A stretch of 33,891 nt of DNA from Planctomycetota bacterium. Lineage in GTDB: Bacteria; Planctomycetota; UBA11346. The notes under the pieces were generated by a model. The model did not search any database. It saw nothing but the letters and a program-made list of their open reading frames with translations, and was not told the origin of the DNA. Below, one piece after another: positions 25,029-33,891 of the stretch (the stretch's first letter is position 1; each line of letters begins with the position of its first letter). The translations under genes were made by a program, and so were the position numbers. The DNA lies in contig CANETI010000001.1 of the NCBI GenBank assembly GCA_947440715.1, positions 1-33,891 on the forward strand. Reading direction: 5' to 3'.

Positions 25029-25799
25029 ATGACGGTCGCAGATTCTCCTTCGTGGTTAATTGAATTACCGACCTGCGCTTCGACGAATACCTGGGCGTTA
25101 GACCATATTCAGGCGCTCGCACACGGTTCCTGCATTTATACCACGCAGCAAACCGCTGGTCGCGGACGCATAGGAAAAACGTGGGTCGCACCGCCTGGGG
25201 TAGTGACGGCGAGTTTCGTCATTGAATTAGCGCAAAAAGTATCGGTGACCCAATTAGCCTTGGCCGCAGGCCTAGCGTTGGTGCACGTGGTTGATGACCT
25301 GGGAGTCAAACCGCCAGCACAGATGAAATGGCCCAATGATTGTTACGTGAATGGCCGTAAATTAGCAGGCGTATTATGCGAACGGTCAGCGGGACAATTA
25401 GATCGCGTCGTGATTGGCGTTGGGCTCAATCTTGATCCGCAGTGGCAACAACTGTCGCGTGATTTGTGGCCAGTCAGCGACCCAACCACCATGACCGCGA
25501 GTATTGCTGCTTATGTAGCTGACAAAAAAAAGCCGCCGACACCCCTGACGGTGTTGACTGCCGTGCGACGATATTTAATGGAAGGCACCGGCTTGTTAGC
25601 GGTGGGTGGTTGGGATCGTTTATTGCCACATATTCGCTCACGTGATTGGTTACTCGGCCAAACCATCAGCGTCACCGTCGGTAGCGAAACCCATCGCGGG
25701 GTTGCGGCCGGAATTGACGCCGCCGGATGTTTGTTGCTTGATAGCGGCGCAGCGAAACCCCAGGCCCTGACCAGTGGAACGGTCACGGTCGAGAGTTAG
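25029..25799 (+). CDS. birA: Biotin-[acetyl-CoA-carboxylase] ligase, class I (no HTH domain)
   Basis: The track ORF was trimmed to the Met downstream of the rpsU terminator (MTVADSPSWL). The biotin-binding loop GRGRIGKTW and KWPNDCYVNGRKLAGVL are present. Confidence 0.85.
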   Translation: MTVADSPSWLIELPTCASTNTWALDHIQALAHGSCIYTTQQTAGRGRIGKTWVAPPGVVTASFVIELAQKVSVTQLALAAGLALVHVVDDLGVKPPAQMKWPNDCYVNGRKLAGVLCERSAGQLDRVVIGVGLNLDPQWQQLSRDLWPVSDPTTMTASIAAYVADKKKPPTPLTVLTAVRRYLMEGTGLLAVGGWDRLLPHIRSRDWLLGQTISVTVGSETHRGVAAGIDAAGCLLLDSGAAKPQALTSGTVTVES

Positions 25800-25871
25800 T
25801 GGATCAAACCGAACGCGCTGGCTAGCGACTTTCTCCTTGGGCGGCCCGGTAACGCTTAGTAAAAGTGCGCC

Positions 25872-26063
25872 ATGCGTAACCGCTCATTTATGATGTTGTC
25901 CATGTTCGTTCTATTGGCCGTGCTCAGCATCAGCAGTAGCGGCTGTGCCCGTTCACCATCCAACGACGGTGTTTCGCGTATCCAATCGCCGACGTTAAGT
26001 GAACCAGTTAGCGACACGGGTCTACAGCAGGAAAGTAAATCGTATCAACGCTTTGATCCGTGA
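25872..26063 (+). CDS. Small putative lipoprotein
   Basis: 63 aa with signal peptide MLSMFVLLAVLSISSSGC and a lipobox-like SSGC. No family was recognised. Confidence 0.45.
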   Translation: MRNRSFMMLSMFVLLAVLSISSSGCARSPSNDGVSRIQSPTLSEPVSDTGLQQESKSYQRFDP

Positions 26064-26182
26064 CGCTTGAGGAGTGAGGTAGAAACCTCTCATTACAGAA
26101 TAATGCAATGAATGGGAGGCGCGTATTCGTACATTGTGATTTATTAGTATTTTACCGTACGTTGTTTAGTTCAAGCGTCATC

Positions 26183-26214
26183 AAAAAAAAGAGGACGGAA
26201 ATGTTCCGGCCTCT
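26183..26214 (-). terminator. Rho-independent terminator after fabV
   Basis: On the minus strand: AGAGGCCGG, a 7-nt loop, CCGTCCTCT (8/9 paired), then TTTTTTTT (plus-strand A-run 26183-26190). Confidence 0.7.
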
Positions 26215-26254
26215 CTGAGTGAATTTTATTTAGCTGAAAAAATTACCGCGTCTG

Positions 26255-27448
26255 TTATCCCAACGCCGCTTCAACTTCCACCGCTGCGGCATAATCAATG
26301 CCTGGGACTTCGAAGCCGAATAATTGGCGGAATTCGCGTTTGAAGCTGGGGTAGTCGCTGAGGTTCATCAGGTTTTCTGAGGTGACTTGTTCCCACAATT
26401 TTGCGGTGGCTTCTTGCACGTCGGCGCGCATTTCCCAGTCGTCGACGCGGATGCGGCCAACGTCATCGAGTTTTGGGGTTTTGCCTGGGGCTAAATGATC
26501 TTTCCATAAACGGACCATTTGTTCGATGGTGCCTTCGTGGCAGTTTTTGTCCTTCATCACTTTGTAGAGCAAACTGATGTAAAGAGGGACCACGGGAATC
26601 GCGCTGGAGGCTTGAGTGACCAAGGCTTTATTGACACTCACGTAAGCTGAGCCGCCAAGTGGTTTCAACACTTTTTCGGTGATGGTTTTGGCTGTGGCTT
26701 CTAAGTGATCTTTGGCGCGGCCAATGGTGCCGGCACGGTAAATAGCGTGGGTTAATGCGGGTCCGATGTAGCTATAAGCGACAGCGCGGCAGTTGGGGGC
26801 CAACAGGTCGGCGTCTTTGAGTGCTTGCATCCACAGCAGCCAATCATCGCCACCCATGACTTTGATGGTGGCTTCGATGTCGGTTTCTTCGGCTGGTGCA
26901 ATAGTGATGGGTTTAATGACTTCGGTGTCGAGGTCGACGGTTTTACTATTATATGCCGGTCCAATTGGTTTCAATGTGCTGGTATAGGTGACGCCGGTTA
27001 CGGGATCGGTGCGTTTTGGCGTGGCCACGCTGTAGACGATGCAGTCCAATTTGCCGAAGCGGGCTTTTAATGCGGCGATCACGGCATCTTTGCCGGTTTG
27101 AGCAAAAGCGTCGCCATTAATGGTTTCAATCGTTTTACCGCTCGCTTTTGCTGCGCGGTGGACTTCGGCTAAGTTATAAAATCCACCCGAGCCAGCTTTG
27201 GCGTCTTTACCTGGGCGTTCAAAACATGCGCCCAATACTTTTGCACCGTGACCCCAAGCTAAGGTAATGAGCGATGACAGGCCGTAACCGGCGCTCGATC
27301 CGATGACCAGGGCATTACCGATGCCTTTGCCTGGCCCACCTTTAGTAGCGATGTCGATTTGGCGTTTCACGTTCGCTGCGCAACCAGTTGGATGCGCGGT
27401 GAGACAGATAAAACCACGGATGCGGGGATTGATGACGGCTTCGGCCAT
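26255..27448 (-). CDS. fabV: Enoyl-[acyl-carrier-protein] reductase FabV (trans-2-enoyl-CoA reductase family)
   Basis: The track ORF was trimmed to MAEAVINPRIRGFICLTAHPTGCAANVKRQI, which aligns with the conserved FabV N-terminus. The motifs GSSAGYGLSS, YSYIG and TQASSAIPVVPLY are present. Confidence 0.9.
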   Translation of the reverse strand: MAEAVINPRIRGFICLTAHPTGCAANVKRQIDIATKGGPGKGIGNALVIGSSAGYGLSSLITLAWGHGAKVLGACFERPGKDAKAGSGGFYNLAEVHRAAKASGKTIETINGDAFAQTGKDAVIAALKARFGKLDCIVYSVATPKRTDPVTGVTYTSTLKPIGPAYNSKTVDLDTEVIKPITIAPAEETDIEATIKVMGGDDWLLWMQALKDADLLAPNCRAVAYSYIGPALTHAIYRAGTIGRAKDHLEATAKTITEKVLKPLGGSAYVSVNKALVTQASSAIPVVPLYISLLYKVMKDKNCHEGTIEQMVRLWKDHLAPGKTPKLDDVGRIRVDDWEMRADVQEATAKLWEQVTSENLMNLSDYPSFKREFRQLFGFEVPGIDYAAAVEVEAALG

Positions 27449-28006
27449 GGGGTAACTCGCTTTCGGGCGGGAACCTTCTCTGGGACGTAGGGGGAGGGCA
27501 AGGGAGGAGTGGGTTTGCCGGGCTGGGTCATGGGGGAATGGTTCGAATCGGATCTGAGTAGTGGCCAAAGGATGCCATGAGGGAGCAACGTTGGCTTGTG
27601 AGAGGGAGAATGTGATGTCAAAAGTGATTTTTTAATGCGCATTGCTCATCTTGGGACCTGTTTTGAAAGCAAAACACGCTCAACTCTGACGATGTTGTCC
27701 TAAGTGCGCGTTGATCGGCACCTTTAGTTGAGCTTTTCACCGCTCTCGGGCCGTTTGGGCACACTAGAGCAAGCCGTCCAGACTAAAAAATCACATTATG
27801 TGACGACAAATGACAAGATGAGCGCCAATGACTAAAACTATAAACCTAGTTGAATATAATTAGGAAGAGATCAAGGCGGCTTGCTGAAATTATACTAGAC
27901 TTTCCTGTTCAGATCAGCATCTTGCGCAACCCGACCTTCCATCGGCGTTCCACTTCCCCGGTCATCAGCGTTCTTTGCGCTAACTGACCTAGTCTTGAGG
28001 CCATCC

Positions 28007-29719
28007 ATGCTCCAGAAAACTACCTCCGGCGGCGATAAGATTATTCAATGCTTAGAACGCGAAGGCGTTGAAGTCATTTACGGCTATTCTGGCGGCGCGG
28101 CGATGCCGATCTTCGACGCCTTAGTCGACTCGAAAATTAAATTTGTGCTCGTTCGTCATGAACAGGGCGCAACTCACATGGCGGATGGTTATGCGAGAGC
28201 CACCGGCAAACCCGGCGTGGTGTTGGTGACTTCTGGCCCTGGCGCAACCAATTGCGTCACGGGCTTATTAACGGCATTGATGGACTCGGTGCCCATGATC
28301 GTGCTCACGGGCCAAACTATTACGCCGATGTTGGGTAAAGACGCTTTCCAAGAAGCTGACGTGACCGGCATTACTTATCCCGTGGTCAAGCACAGCTATT
28401 TGGTCAAGAACGCTGCCGATATTCCACGCGTGATGAAAGAAGCATTTTATATTGCCACCAGCGGCCGACCAGGTCCGGTGTTAATTGATTTGCCGAAAGA
28501 TATTACCCAGGGCCCGTGCAATGCGCCGATGGTCGATGAAGTCCACCTGCCTGGGTATCATATTCCTGGTCGCGCGGACAGCGAATTAATTAAAAAAGCG
28601 GCCGCCATTATTTCCAAGAGTAAAAAACCAGTGCTCTACGTCGGTCACGGCGCGGTGATTTCTGGCGCAGGTAAAGCGATTATGTTATTGGCGGAAAAGT
28701 TGAATGCGCCAATCGTTAATACCTTATTAGGTAAAGGTGCCTGTCCTGAAGATCATCCGCTGAATCAGGGCATGTTAGGCATGCATGGTACGGCATACGC
28801 AAATAAAACCGTTTCTGGCTGTGATATGATCATGGCTATCGGCGCGCGTTGGGATGATCGCATCACGGGAAAGCTCAGCGAATTCTGCAAAGAAGCGACC
28901 AAAATTCACATCGATATCGACGTTGCTGAATTTAATAAAATTATTCGTCCCGATGTCAGTTTAGCTGGCGATGCGAAAATGGTGGTCGAAGACTTGCTGC
29001 CGTTGGTTGGTAAACTCGACACCGCCGATTGGTTGAAAGATATTAACGGCTGGCGTAAACAATTCCCATTGAAGTACCCGAAAAAAGGTGGTCTGCGCGC
29101 ACAATATGTGCTCGATCGTCTCGACAAATTAGGTGGTCGTGATTGCATCATAACCACGGACGTCGGTCAGCATCAAATGTGGGCCGCACAATTTTGCTTG
29201 ACCACGAAGAATCGTCATTGGTTGTCGAGCGGTGGCGCCGGAACCATGGGTTTCGGATTTCCAGCCGCGATCGGTGCCGCGATGGCGACCGGAAAACCAA
29301 CCTGGTGTGTCGTGGGTGACGGCGGTTTCCAAATGACCTTGTGCGAATTAGCCACGGCGGCGTTACAAAAAGTGCCGGTCAAAATTCTTATTATCAATAA
29401 CAGCTACCTCGGTATGATTCGCCAATGGCAAGAATTGTTCTTCGACAACCGTTTGTCCGGCGCTGATCTCGAAGGTAATCCAGATTTCGTCAAATTGGCC
29501 GCTGCTTATGGCGTTCCTGGTAAACGGGTGAAACGTGCTGGTGACGTTGATAAAGCCATCAAATGGGCGATGGCCTATAATGATGGCCCGTGCTTGGTCG
29601 AAGCCGAAGTCGTTAAAGACGATAATGTTTTCCCAATGATTCCCGCCGGTGCACCATTGACTGGTATGATTATCGAAAAACCAAAAACTAAGATGGAAAA
29701 ACCAACGGGATCGACCTGA
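28007..29719 (+). CDS. ilvB: Acetolactate synthase (AHAS) large subunit
   Basis: About 570 aa. This is a ThDP enzyme with GYSGGA, the ThDP motif GDGGFQM...NN and the AHAS-typical QWQELFF. The ATG at 28007 is preferred over the TTG at 27995 used by the ORF track. Confidence 0.93.
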   Translation: MLQKTTSGGDKIIQCLEREGVEVIYGYSGGAAMPIFDALVDSKIKFVLVRHEQGATHMADGYARATGKPGVVLVTSGPGATNCVTGLLTALMDSVPMIVLTGQTITPMLGKDAFQEADVTGITYPVVKHSYLVKNAADIPRVMKEAFYIATSGRPGPVLIDLPKDITQGPCNAPMVDEVHLPGYHIPGRADSELIKKAAAIISKSKKPVLYVGHGAVISGAGKAIMLLAEKLNAPIVNTLLGKGACPEDHPLNQGMLGMHGTAYANKTVSGCDMIMAIGARWDDRITGKLSEFCKEATKIHIDIDVAEFNKIIRPDVSLAGDAKMVVEDLLPLVGKLDTADWLKDINGWRKQFPLKYPKKGGLRAQYVLDRLDKLGGRDCIITTDVGQHQMWAAQFCLTTKNRHWLSSGGAGTMGFGFPAAIGAAMATGKPTWCVVGDGGFQMTLCELATAALQKVPVKILIINNSYLGMIRQWQELFFDNRLSGADLEGNPDFVKLAAAYGVPGKRVKRAGDVDKAIKWAMAYNDGPCLVEAEVVKDDNVFPMIPAGAPLTGMIIEKPKTKMEKPTGST

Positions 29720-29768
29720 TCTCCGAAAGAGTGACCTTAAAAAAAACAGCTATTGAAAGTAACATCAC

Positions 29769-30389
29769 ATGACCGCAACGACCGATAAAATAAGTAAACC
29801 TGAAGCTCGTGGAGCTAAATTCGAACTCGATCCAGGTAAAGCACCACGACGCGATATTGTCACCGATGTTATTGTGCAGCCACTGCACACTATTTCGTTA
29901 TTGGTGCGCAATAAACCAGGCGTGCTCTGCCGCGTAGCGATGGTTTTCGCTCGTCGCGGATATAATTTAGAATCGTTGGTGGTCTCGCCAGCGTTATGGA
30001 ACGCGAATGATGGTACCGCGCCAGGAGAATTCTCGCGCATGACCATTACCTGTTCGGGCGATCCCGACGCGTTGGAACAAATCATCAAGCAATTGGAAAA
30101 ATTAATCGACGTGGTGCACGCGATTGATCATACCGGACAGGCCGTCATCGAAAGCGAGTTGGCTTTAGTGAAAATGAAAGCGGGTTTAAAAGACCGCACA
30201 GAAATTTTGCAAGTTGCCGAAAATTTCAAAGCAAAGGTGGTCGACTACAGCGCTGAATCTATGATTTTGCGCTGTGCTGGTGAAACCGAAAAACTCGACG
30301 CCTTTGTTGGCTTACTGAAACCATTCGGCATTATCGAACTGGTACGTAGCGGCAAGATCCTGATGGCGCGCGGGTTGGAAGAGACCTGA
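29769..30389 (+). CDS. ilvH: Acetolactate synthase small (regulatory) subunit; start uncertain
   Basis: 206 aa with ACT domain HTISLLVRNKPGVLCRVAMVFARRGYNLESL and a C-terminal AHAS small-subunit domain. About 39 aa precede the ACT domain, so a later start (for example the GTG at codon 36) is possible. Confidence 0.88.
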   Translation: MTATTDKISKPEARGAKFELDPGKAPRRDIVTDVIVQPLHTISLLVRNKPGVLCRVAMVFARRGYNLESLVVSPALWNANDGTAPGEFSRMTITCSGDPDALEQIIKQLEKLIDVVHAIDHTGQAVIESELALVKMKAGLKDRTEILQVAENFKAKVVDYSAESMILRCAGETEKLDAFVGLLKPFGIIELVRSGKILMARGLEET

Positions 30390-30397
30390 ATTGGTTT

Positions 30398-30428
30398 GGC
30401 CCGGCTGCCTGAAGGCCGGGCCTTTTTA
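30398..30428 (+). terminator. Rho-independent terminator after ilvH
   Basis: GGCCCGGC (30398-30405), loop, GCCGGGCC (30415-30422), then TTTTT. Confidence 0.75.
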
Positions 30429-30448
30429 GTTTTATCGCACATATTTTA

Positions 30449-31549
30449 ATGACCGAACGCATCGACATTTTTGGGCTTACCAGCGACAGCTTCTCAGAAG
30501 CTGCCCGATTTGTGTTGCCCAAAGGTCATGGCATTACACCACAATTATACCCTTTGGTCATGCGCGAGGGTCGCTTTGATCCTGAAGCATTTCCCATTGC
30601 GGAAGAGTCCAAAATAATTTGGCGTCAACACTTTAAAGCGGATTTATTAGAGATAGTTCGCGTAGTCGAAGAGGACGGAGAATTCGGCACTACGGCCAAA
30701 GCTATTCTTATAACACACGATGGTTATGAAGTGGAATGCGTGCGGATTCCCATGCGTCATGGTGAAGATGGCGAAGCGGATTATACTTTATGTTTATCCA
30801 GCCAAGTCGGCTGCAAAATGGGATGTACGTTTTGCGAAACCGGTCGCATGGGACTTATTCGTCATTTGACCGCCGCGGAAATTGTGAGCCAAGTGGTAAC
30901 GGTGCAGGCTAAACTCGGTTGGTCGATACGTAATATTGTCTTTATGGGTATGGGTGAAGCACTGGATAACGCTGATAATGTCATTCAAGCGTTGAAAGCG
31001 TTAGTTGATCAACGTGGTCTTCATTTTAGCCAAGAACGGTTAACCATTTGCACCGCTGGTCACGCTGAAGGCTTGGGCAAATTAAAAGCGCTTGGTTGGA
31101 AGCGCATGAATTTATCCATTAGTCTGAACGCAGCGAACGATGAAGCGCGTTCGCGCGTGATGCCGGTCAATCGCAAAACGCCGCTCGCGGAATTACAGCG
31201 TATCTTGGCTGCGTATCCGCAACGGCGTAATTTTATTCTCGGAGTTAATTATTGTTTAATGCCGGGCATGAACGACGCCCGCCAAGACGCCGCCGACGTC
31301 GCCGCTTTTTGTAAACCCTTGGGTCGCGTGTTGGTGAATCTGATTCCCTACAACCCAGGCAACGCCCCGCTGACGCGCGCACCAGAAGAAGAAGAAATTG
31401 TACGATTCATCGAATGGTTACGCGAAGAAGGACTGCCCGTCCGCCGCCGCATCACCAAAGGCCGCTCGATTATGGCCGCTTGTGGCCAGTTGGGGAATGT
31501 GGAGTTGCGCCGTAAGCGCTCGCCGATTCCCACTGGACCAACGGGGTGA
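30449..31549 (+). CDS. rlmN: 23S rRNA/tRNA (adenine-C2)-methyltransferase, radical SAM
   Basis: 366 aa with CLSSQVGCKMGCTFCETG (CxxxCxxC), GMGEALDN and the C-terminal ACGQL cysteine. Confidence 0.9.
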   Translation: MTERIDIFGLTSDSFSEAARFVLPKGHGITPQLYPLVMREGRFDPEAFPIAEESKIIWRQHFKADLLEIVRVVEEDGEFGTTAKAILITHDGYEVECVRIPMRHGEDGEADYTLCLSSQVGCKMGCTFCETGRMGLIRHLTAAEIVSQVVTVQAKLGWSIRNIVFMGMGEALDNADNVIQALKALVDQRGLHFSQERLTICTAGHAEGLGKLKALGWKRMNLSISLNAANDEARSRVMPVNRKTPLAELQRILAAYPQRRNFILGVNYCLMPGMNDARQDAADVAAFCKPLGRVLVNLIPYNPGNAPLTRAPEEEEIVRFIEWLREEGLPVRRRITKGRSIMAACGQLGNVELRRKRSPIPTGPTG

Positions 31550-31602
31550 GGCTAGGAATCTGCGTGCTCTGCTAGAAGCGCACCTGTCACGGAGGTTGAG
31601 CG

Positions 31603-32103
31603 ATGACACCACTGGTCGGCATTATTATGGGATCGACATCGGACTGGGAGACGATGCAGCATGCTGCTGAAACGCTAAAGGCGCTCGACGTGCCGCATGA
31701 AGTTCGTGTCGTTTCTGCACACCGAACGCCCGATTTATTAATGGAGTACGCAGGCACCGCTGAAGCGCGTGGTCTGCGTGTTATCATTGCGGGTGCTGGT
31801 GGCGCGGCGCATTTACCTGGGATGTGTGCGGCGAAAACAGCAGTGCCTGTCCTTGGTGTGCCAGTAGAGTCAAAATCGCTCAAGGGCATGGATTCATTAT
31901 TATCCATCGTACAAATGCCTGCGGGTATTCCGGTAGGCACACTCGCGATTGGCAAAGCCGGTGCGATTAATGCTGCGATACTAGCGGCGTCGATTCTGGG
32001 TGGCGAACATCCAGCCATCCGCGCAAAGGTGCACGCATTCCGCGCTGAACAAACGGCCAAGGTGTTGAGTCGTCCAGATCCACGGGAGCCATCGCCCACA
32101 TGA
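31603..32103 (+). CDS. purE: N5-carboxyaminoimidazole ribonucleotide mutase
   Basis: 166 aa with [20 protein letters not shown] and [15 protein letters not shown] lies upstream. Confidence 0.95.
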   Translation: MTPLVGIIMGSTSDWETMQHAAETLKALDVPHEVRVVSAHRTPDLLMEYAGTAEARGLRVIIAGAGGAAHLPGMCAAKTAVPVLGVPVESKSLKGMDSLLSIVQMPAGIPVGTLAIGKAGAINAAILAASILGGEHPAIRAKVHAFRAEQTAKVLSRPDPREPSPT

Positions 32104-33212
32104 TTGGAATTTTGGGAGCCGGTCAATTAGGCCGCATGTTAGCTTTGGCTGGTATTCCACTTGGCGAACAATTTCGCTTTCTTGATCCAGATACCAATGC
32201 TCCGGCTAGGCAATTAGGGACACAAATACAAGGCGCGTTTGACGATGATGATTCGTTACAGCGACTTGCTGCTGGATGTTCCGTCGTCACCTACGAATTT
32301 GAAAATGTCCCGGTTGCCGCAGCCGAGCGCTTAGCCGCTACGATACCTGTTTATCCACCACCCGCTGCCTTGCGTGCATCGCAAGATCGCGTTGATGAAA
32401 AAACCTTTCTTAATAAGCAGGGAATTCGTACGGCGCCGTGGGTGGCGGTTAATTCGCAAGCTGATTTAGTCGCTGCTATTGCTGCGATCGGCGCACCGGG
32501 CGTCCTCAAAACTCGTCGTATGGGTTACGATGGCAAAGGACAAATGGTCCTACGCTCTGTGACTGAGGTAGAGCAAGCGTGGAAAAAATTAGGTGGCCAA
32601 CCGTTGATCTATGAAGGTTTCGTGTCGTTTGACCGTGAATTATCCTGTATTGGTGTACGTGATCGCATGGGCAACGTCGCGTGCTATCCACTGATCGAAA
32701 ATTGGCACCATGAAGGAATATTGCGCCTGTCTATTGCTCCAGGTCCGAACTGGAATGATCACTTACAACAACAGGCAGTCGCTAATGCCAAACAAGTGAT
32801 GGCGACATTGGATTACGTTGGTGTTCTTACCATCGAATATTTTCAATGTGGCAAAGAATTAGTCTGCAATGAAATGGCACCACGTGTTCATAATAGCGGT
32901 CATTGGTCCATCGAAGGTGCGGTGTGTAGCCAATTTGAAAATCATGTACGAGCGATCACCGGTTTGCCTTTAGGCGCGACTACGGTGAACGGCGCTGCAG
33001 CGATGTTAAACCTCATCGGTGATTTCCCCGATTTACGTCGTGTATTAAATACCCCAGGTGTGCACCTGCATCATTATGGAAAAGAACCACGACCAGGGCG
33101 AAAAATTGGTCATTTGACCGTGGTTGCACCCGATCATGCGACCCTTACCGCGCGCATAACTGAATTACGCCAAGTTACGGGGTTGGATAAATTACCATCG
33201 TGGCCGATGTGA
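32100..33212 (+). CDS. purK: N5-carboxyaminoimidazole ribonucleotide synthase (ATP-grasp)
   Basis: 370 aa with N-terminus [15 protein letters not shown]-grasp core [13 protein letters not shown] and [12 protein letters not shown]. The ATG overlaps the purE stop (ATGA). Confidence 0.93.
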   Translation: MIGILGAGQLGRMLALAGIPLGEQFRFLDPDTNAPARQLGTQIQGAFDDDDSLQRLAAGCSVVTYEFENVPVAAAERLAATIPVYPPPAALRASQDRVDEKTFLNKQGIRTAPWVAVNSQADLVAAIAAIGAPGVLKTRRMGYDGKGQMVLRSVTEVEQAWKKLGGQPLIYEGFVSFDRELSCIGVRDRMGNVACYPLIENWHHEGILRLSIAPGPNWNDHLQQQAVANAKQVMATLDYVGVLTIEYFQCGKELVCNEMAPRVHNSGHWSIEGAVCSQFENHVRAITGLPLGATTVNGAAAMLNLIGDFPDLRRVLNTPGVHLHHYGKEPRPGRKIGHLTVVAPDHATLTARITELRQVTGLDKLPSWPM

Positions 33213-33260
33213 TGATGGTGAATTTTAAGATCGACATCCATCTACCGTAGGATGCCAAAT

Positions 33261-33891
33261 ATGGCGGATGAACAGCAGAAAAAATCTCGTGGTTGGTCAT
33301 GGGGTATGTTGGGATTGAGCGTGCTAGTATTTTTACTCATCAGCATGCTCATTGGTTTTAATTGGTACCATAGTACGGCGGATTTAGACGCGATTCGTGA
33401 ACAAGCAAAAGCTCAAGGCATGCCGGTGACGTGGGAGGAAATGGGGAAGACGCTTGCAGCTAGTGAGTATATTAAGCGATTTGATCGGTTAACGGTATTG
33501 AGTAAGGGTTTAAAGGATTATGGCTCTGAATTATCGTTGGGAAAAATTGAAGGTGACAAAAAAACTGATCGGCTGCGTGCCTTTTTCCCTATTCCAGAAA
33601 GAGCGATTCAATTTCATAAGGAGCTGGATCCAGCAACGGTGACAGAAGCCTTGGCAATTATCGATCAGTTTCCTCATGGTTCATTAGTGCTTAAAATTGG
33701 AGGATCGCAAAAAGGGCCAAACAATGCTATCGGAAATTACCGTCAGGTGGTCCGTTGGATGAGTGAACGAGTGTTGTTGGCAGATGAGCATTCAGTTGAC
33801 CAAGAAGCACAGAGACTATTACAATATGTCAGTAACTATGACGTCACCACTCAGATAGACGGTTTAATAAAAACATCTCTCGTTCAGATAA
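33261..33891 (+). CDS. Hypothetical membrane-anchored protein, 5' fragment (runs off the window)
   Basis: This ORF is not in the track because it has no stop in the window. My hand translation of frame 3 from the ATG at 33261 is open to the end: MADEQQKKSRGWSWGMLGLSVLVFLLISMLIGFNWY..., with one N-terminal TM segment. No family was recognised. Confidence 0.5.
   Translation, partial: MADEQQKKSRGWSWGMLGLSVLVFLLISMLIGFNWYHSTADLDAIREQAKAQGMPVTWEEMGKTLAASEYIKRFDRLTVLSKGLKDYGSELSLGKIEGDKKTDRLRAFFPIPERAIQFHKELDPATVTEALAIIDQFPHGSLVLKIGGSQKGPNNAIGNYRQVVRWMSERVLLADEHSVDQEAQRLLQYVSNYDVTTQIDGLIKTSLVQI

Noticed and set aside
27449-27568. 40-aa N-terminal extension of the fabV track ORF
   Set aside because: FabV family proteins begin at the conserved M-x-I-x-P-R-I-R-G-F-I-C segment. 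The extension is translated C-rich leader (the complement of the G-tract cluster).
27791-27803. CRP/FNR-type site reading of TCACATTATGTGA
   Set aside because: The half-sites are in the reverse order (TCACA-N3-TGTGA instead of TGTGA-N6-TCACA) and have the wrong spacing. It is kept only as an unassigned palindrome.
1-33891. Search for defence islands, prophage or transposon genes, toxin-antitoxin pairs, CRISPR, tRNA and rRNA
   Set aside because: No integrase, transposase, recombinase, nuclease/helicase defence-type ORFs, spacer-repeat arrays or tRNA-like cloverleaf candidates were recognised on either strand. The window is dominated by housekeeping genes and one secretion operon.

Overview
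This looks like an ordinary chromosomal segment from a Gram-negative bacterium. The gene content (sulfatase, type II secretion pseudopilins, a eukaryote-like kinase) hints at the PVC superphylum, but that taxonomy is only a guess. From left to right the window holds: the 3' end of a class II photolyase; a minus-strand copZ-copA-Ser/Thr-kinase operon with abutting or overlapping stop and start codons; an orphan 135-aa helical protein; a formylglycine-type sulfatase; a 2-hydroxyacid dehydrogenase; and trpC. Next comes a minus-strand type II secretion (T2SS) gene string of about 13.8 kb: gspE-F-G-H-I-J-K, a GspL-like gene, a GspM-like gene, gspD, a small lipoprotein, an OmpR-type response regulator and a histidine kinase. 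After that come a Spy/CpxP-like periplasmic protein, rpsU, birA, a small lipoprotein, fabV, ilvBH, rlmN, purEK and the 5' part of an orphan membrane protein. I recognised no transposase, integrase, CRISPR array, tRNA or rRNA. Several ORF-track entries needed their starts trimmed (gspG, gspJ, GspL-like, GspM-like, fabV, birA, ilvB). The most unusual signal is not a gene. It is a small family of long-range inverted arrays of tandem short units (GTCCGGAA octamers at 9351-9557 and 20266-20379, GGACGTC heptamers at 24475-24602). These should fold into register-sliding RNA hairpins, and one of them encloses the ribosome-binding site and start codon of the major pseudopilin gene gspG. Secondary candidates are a Ser/Thr kinase translationally coupled to the copper ATPase, a two-component system plus a candidate pilotin fused to the 3' end of the T2SS operon, and a 14-18 nt repeat that brackets the copper/kinase module. 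None of this can be shown to be a new system from sequence alone. All functional readings are inference.
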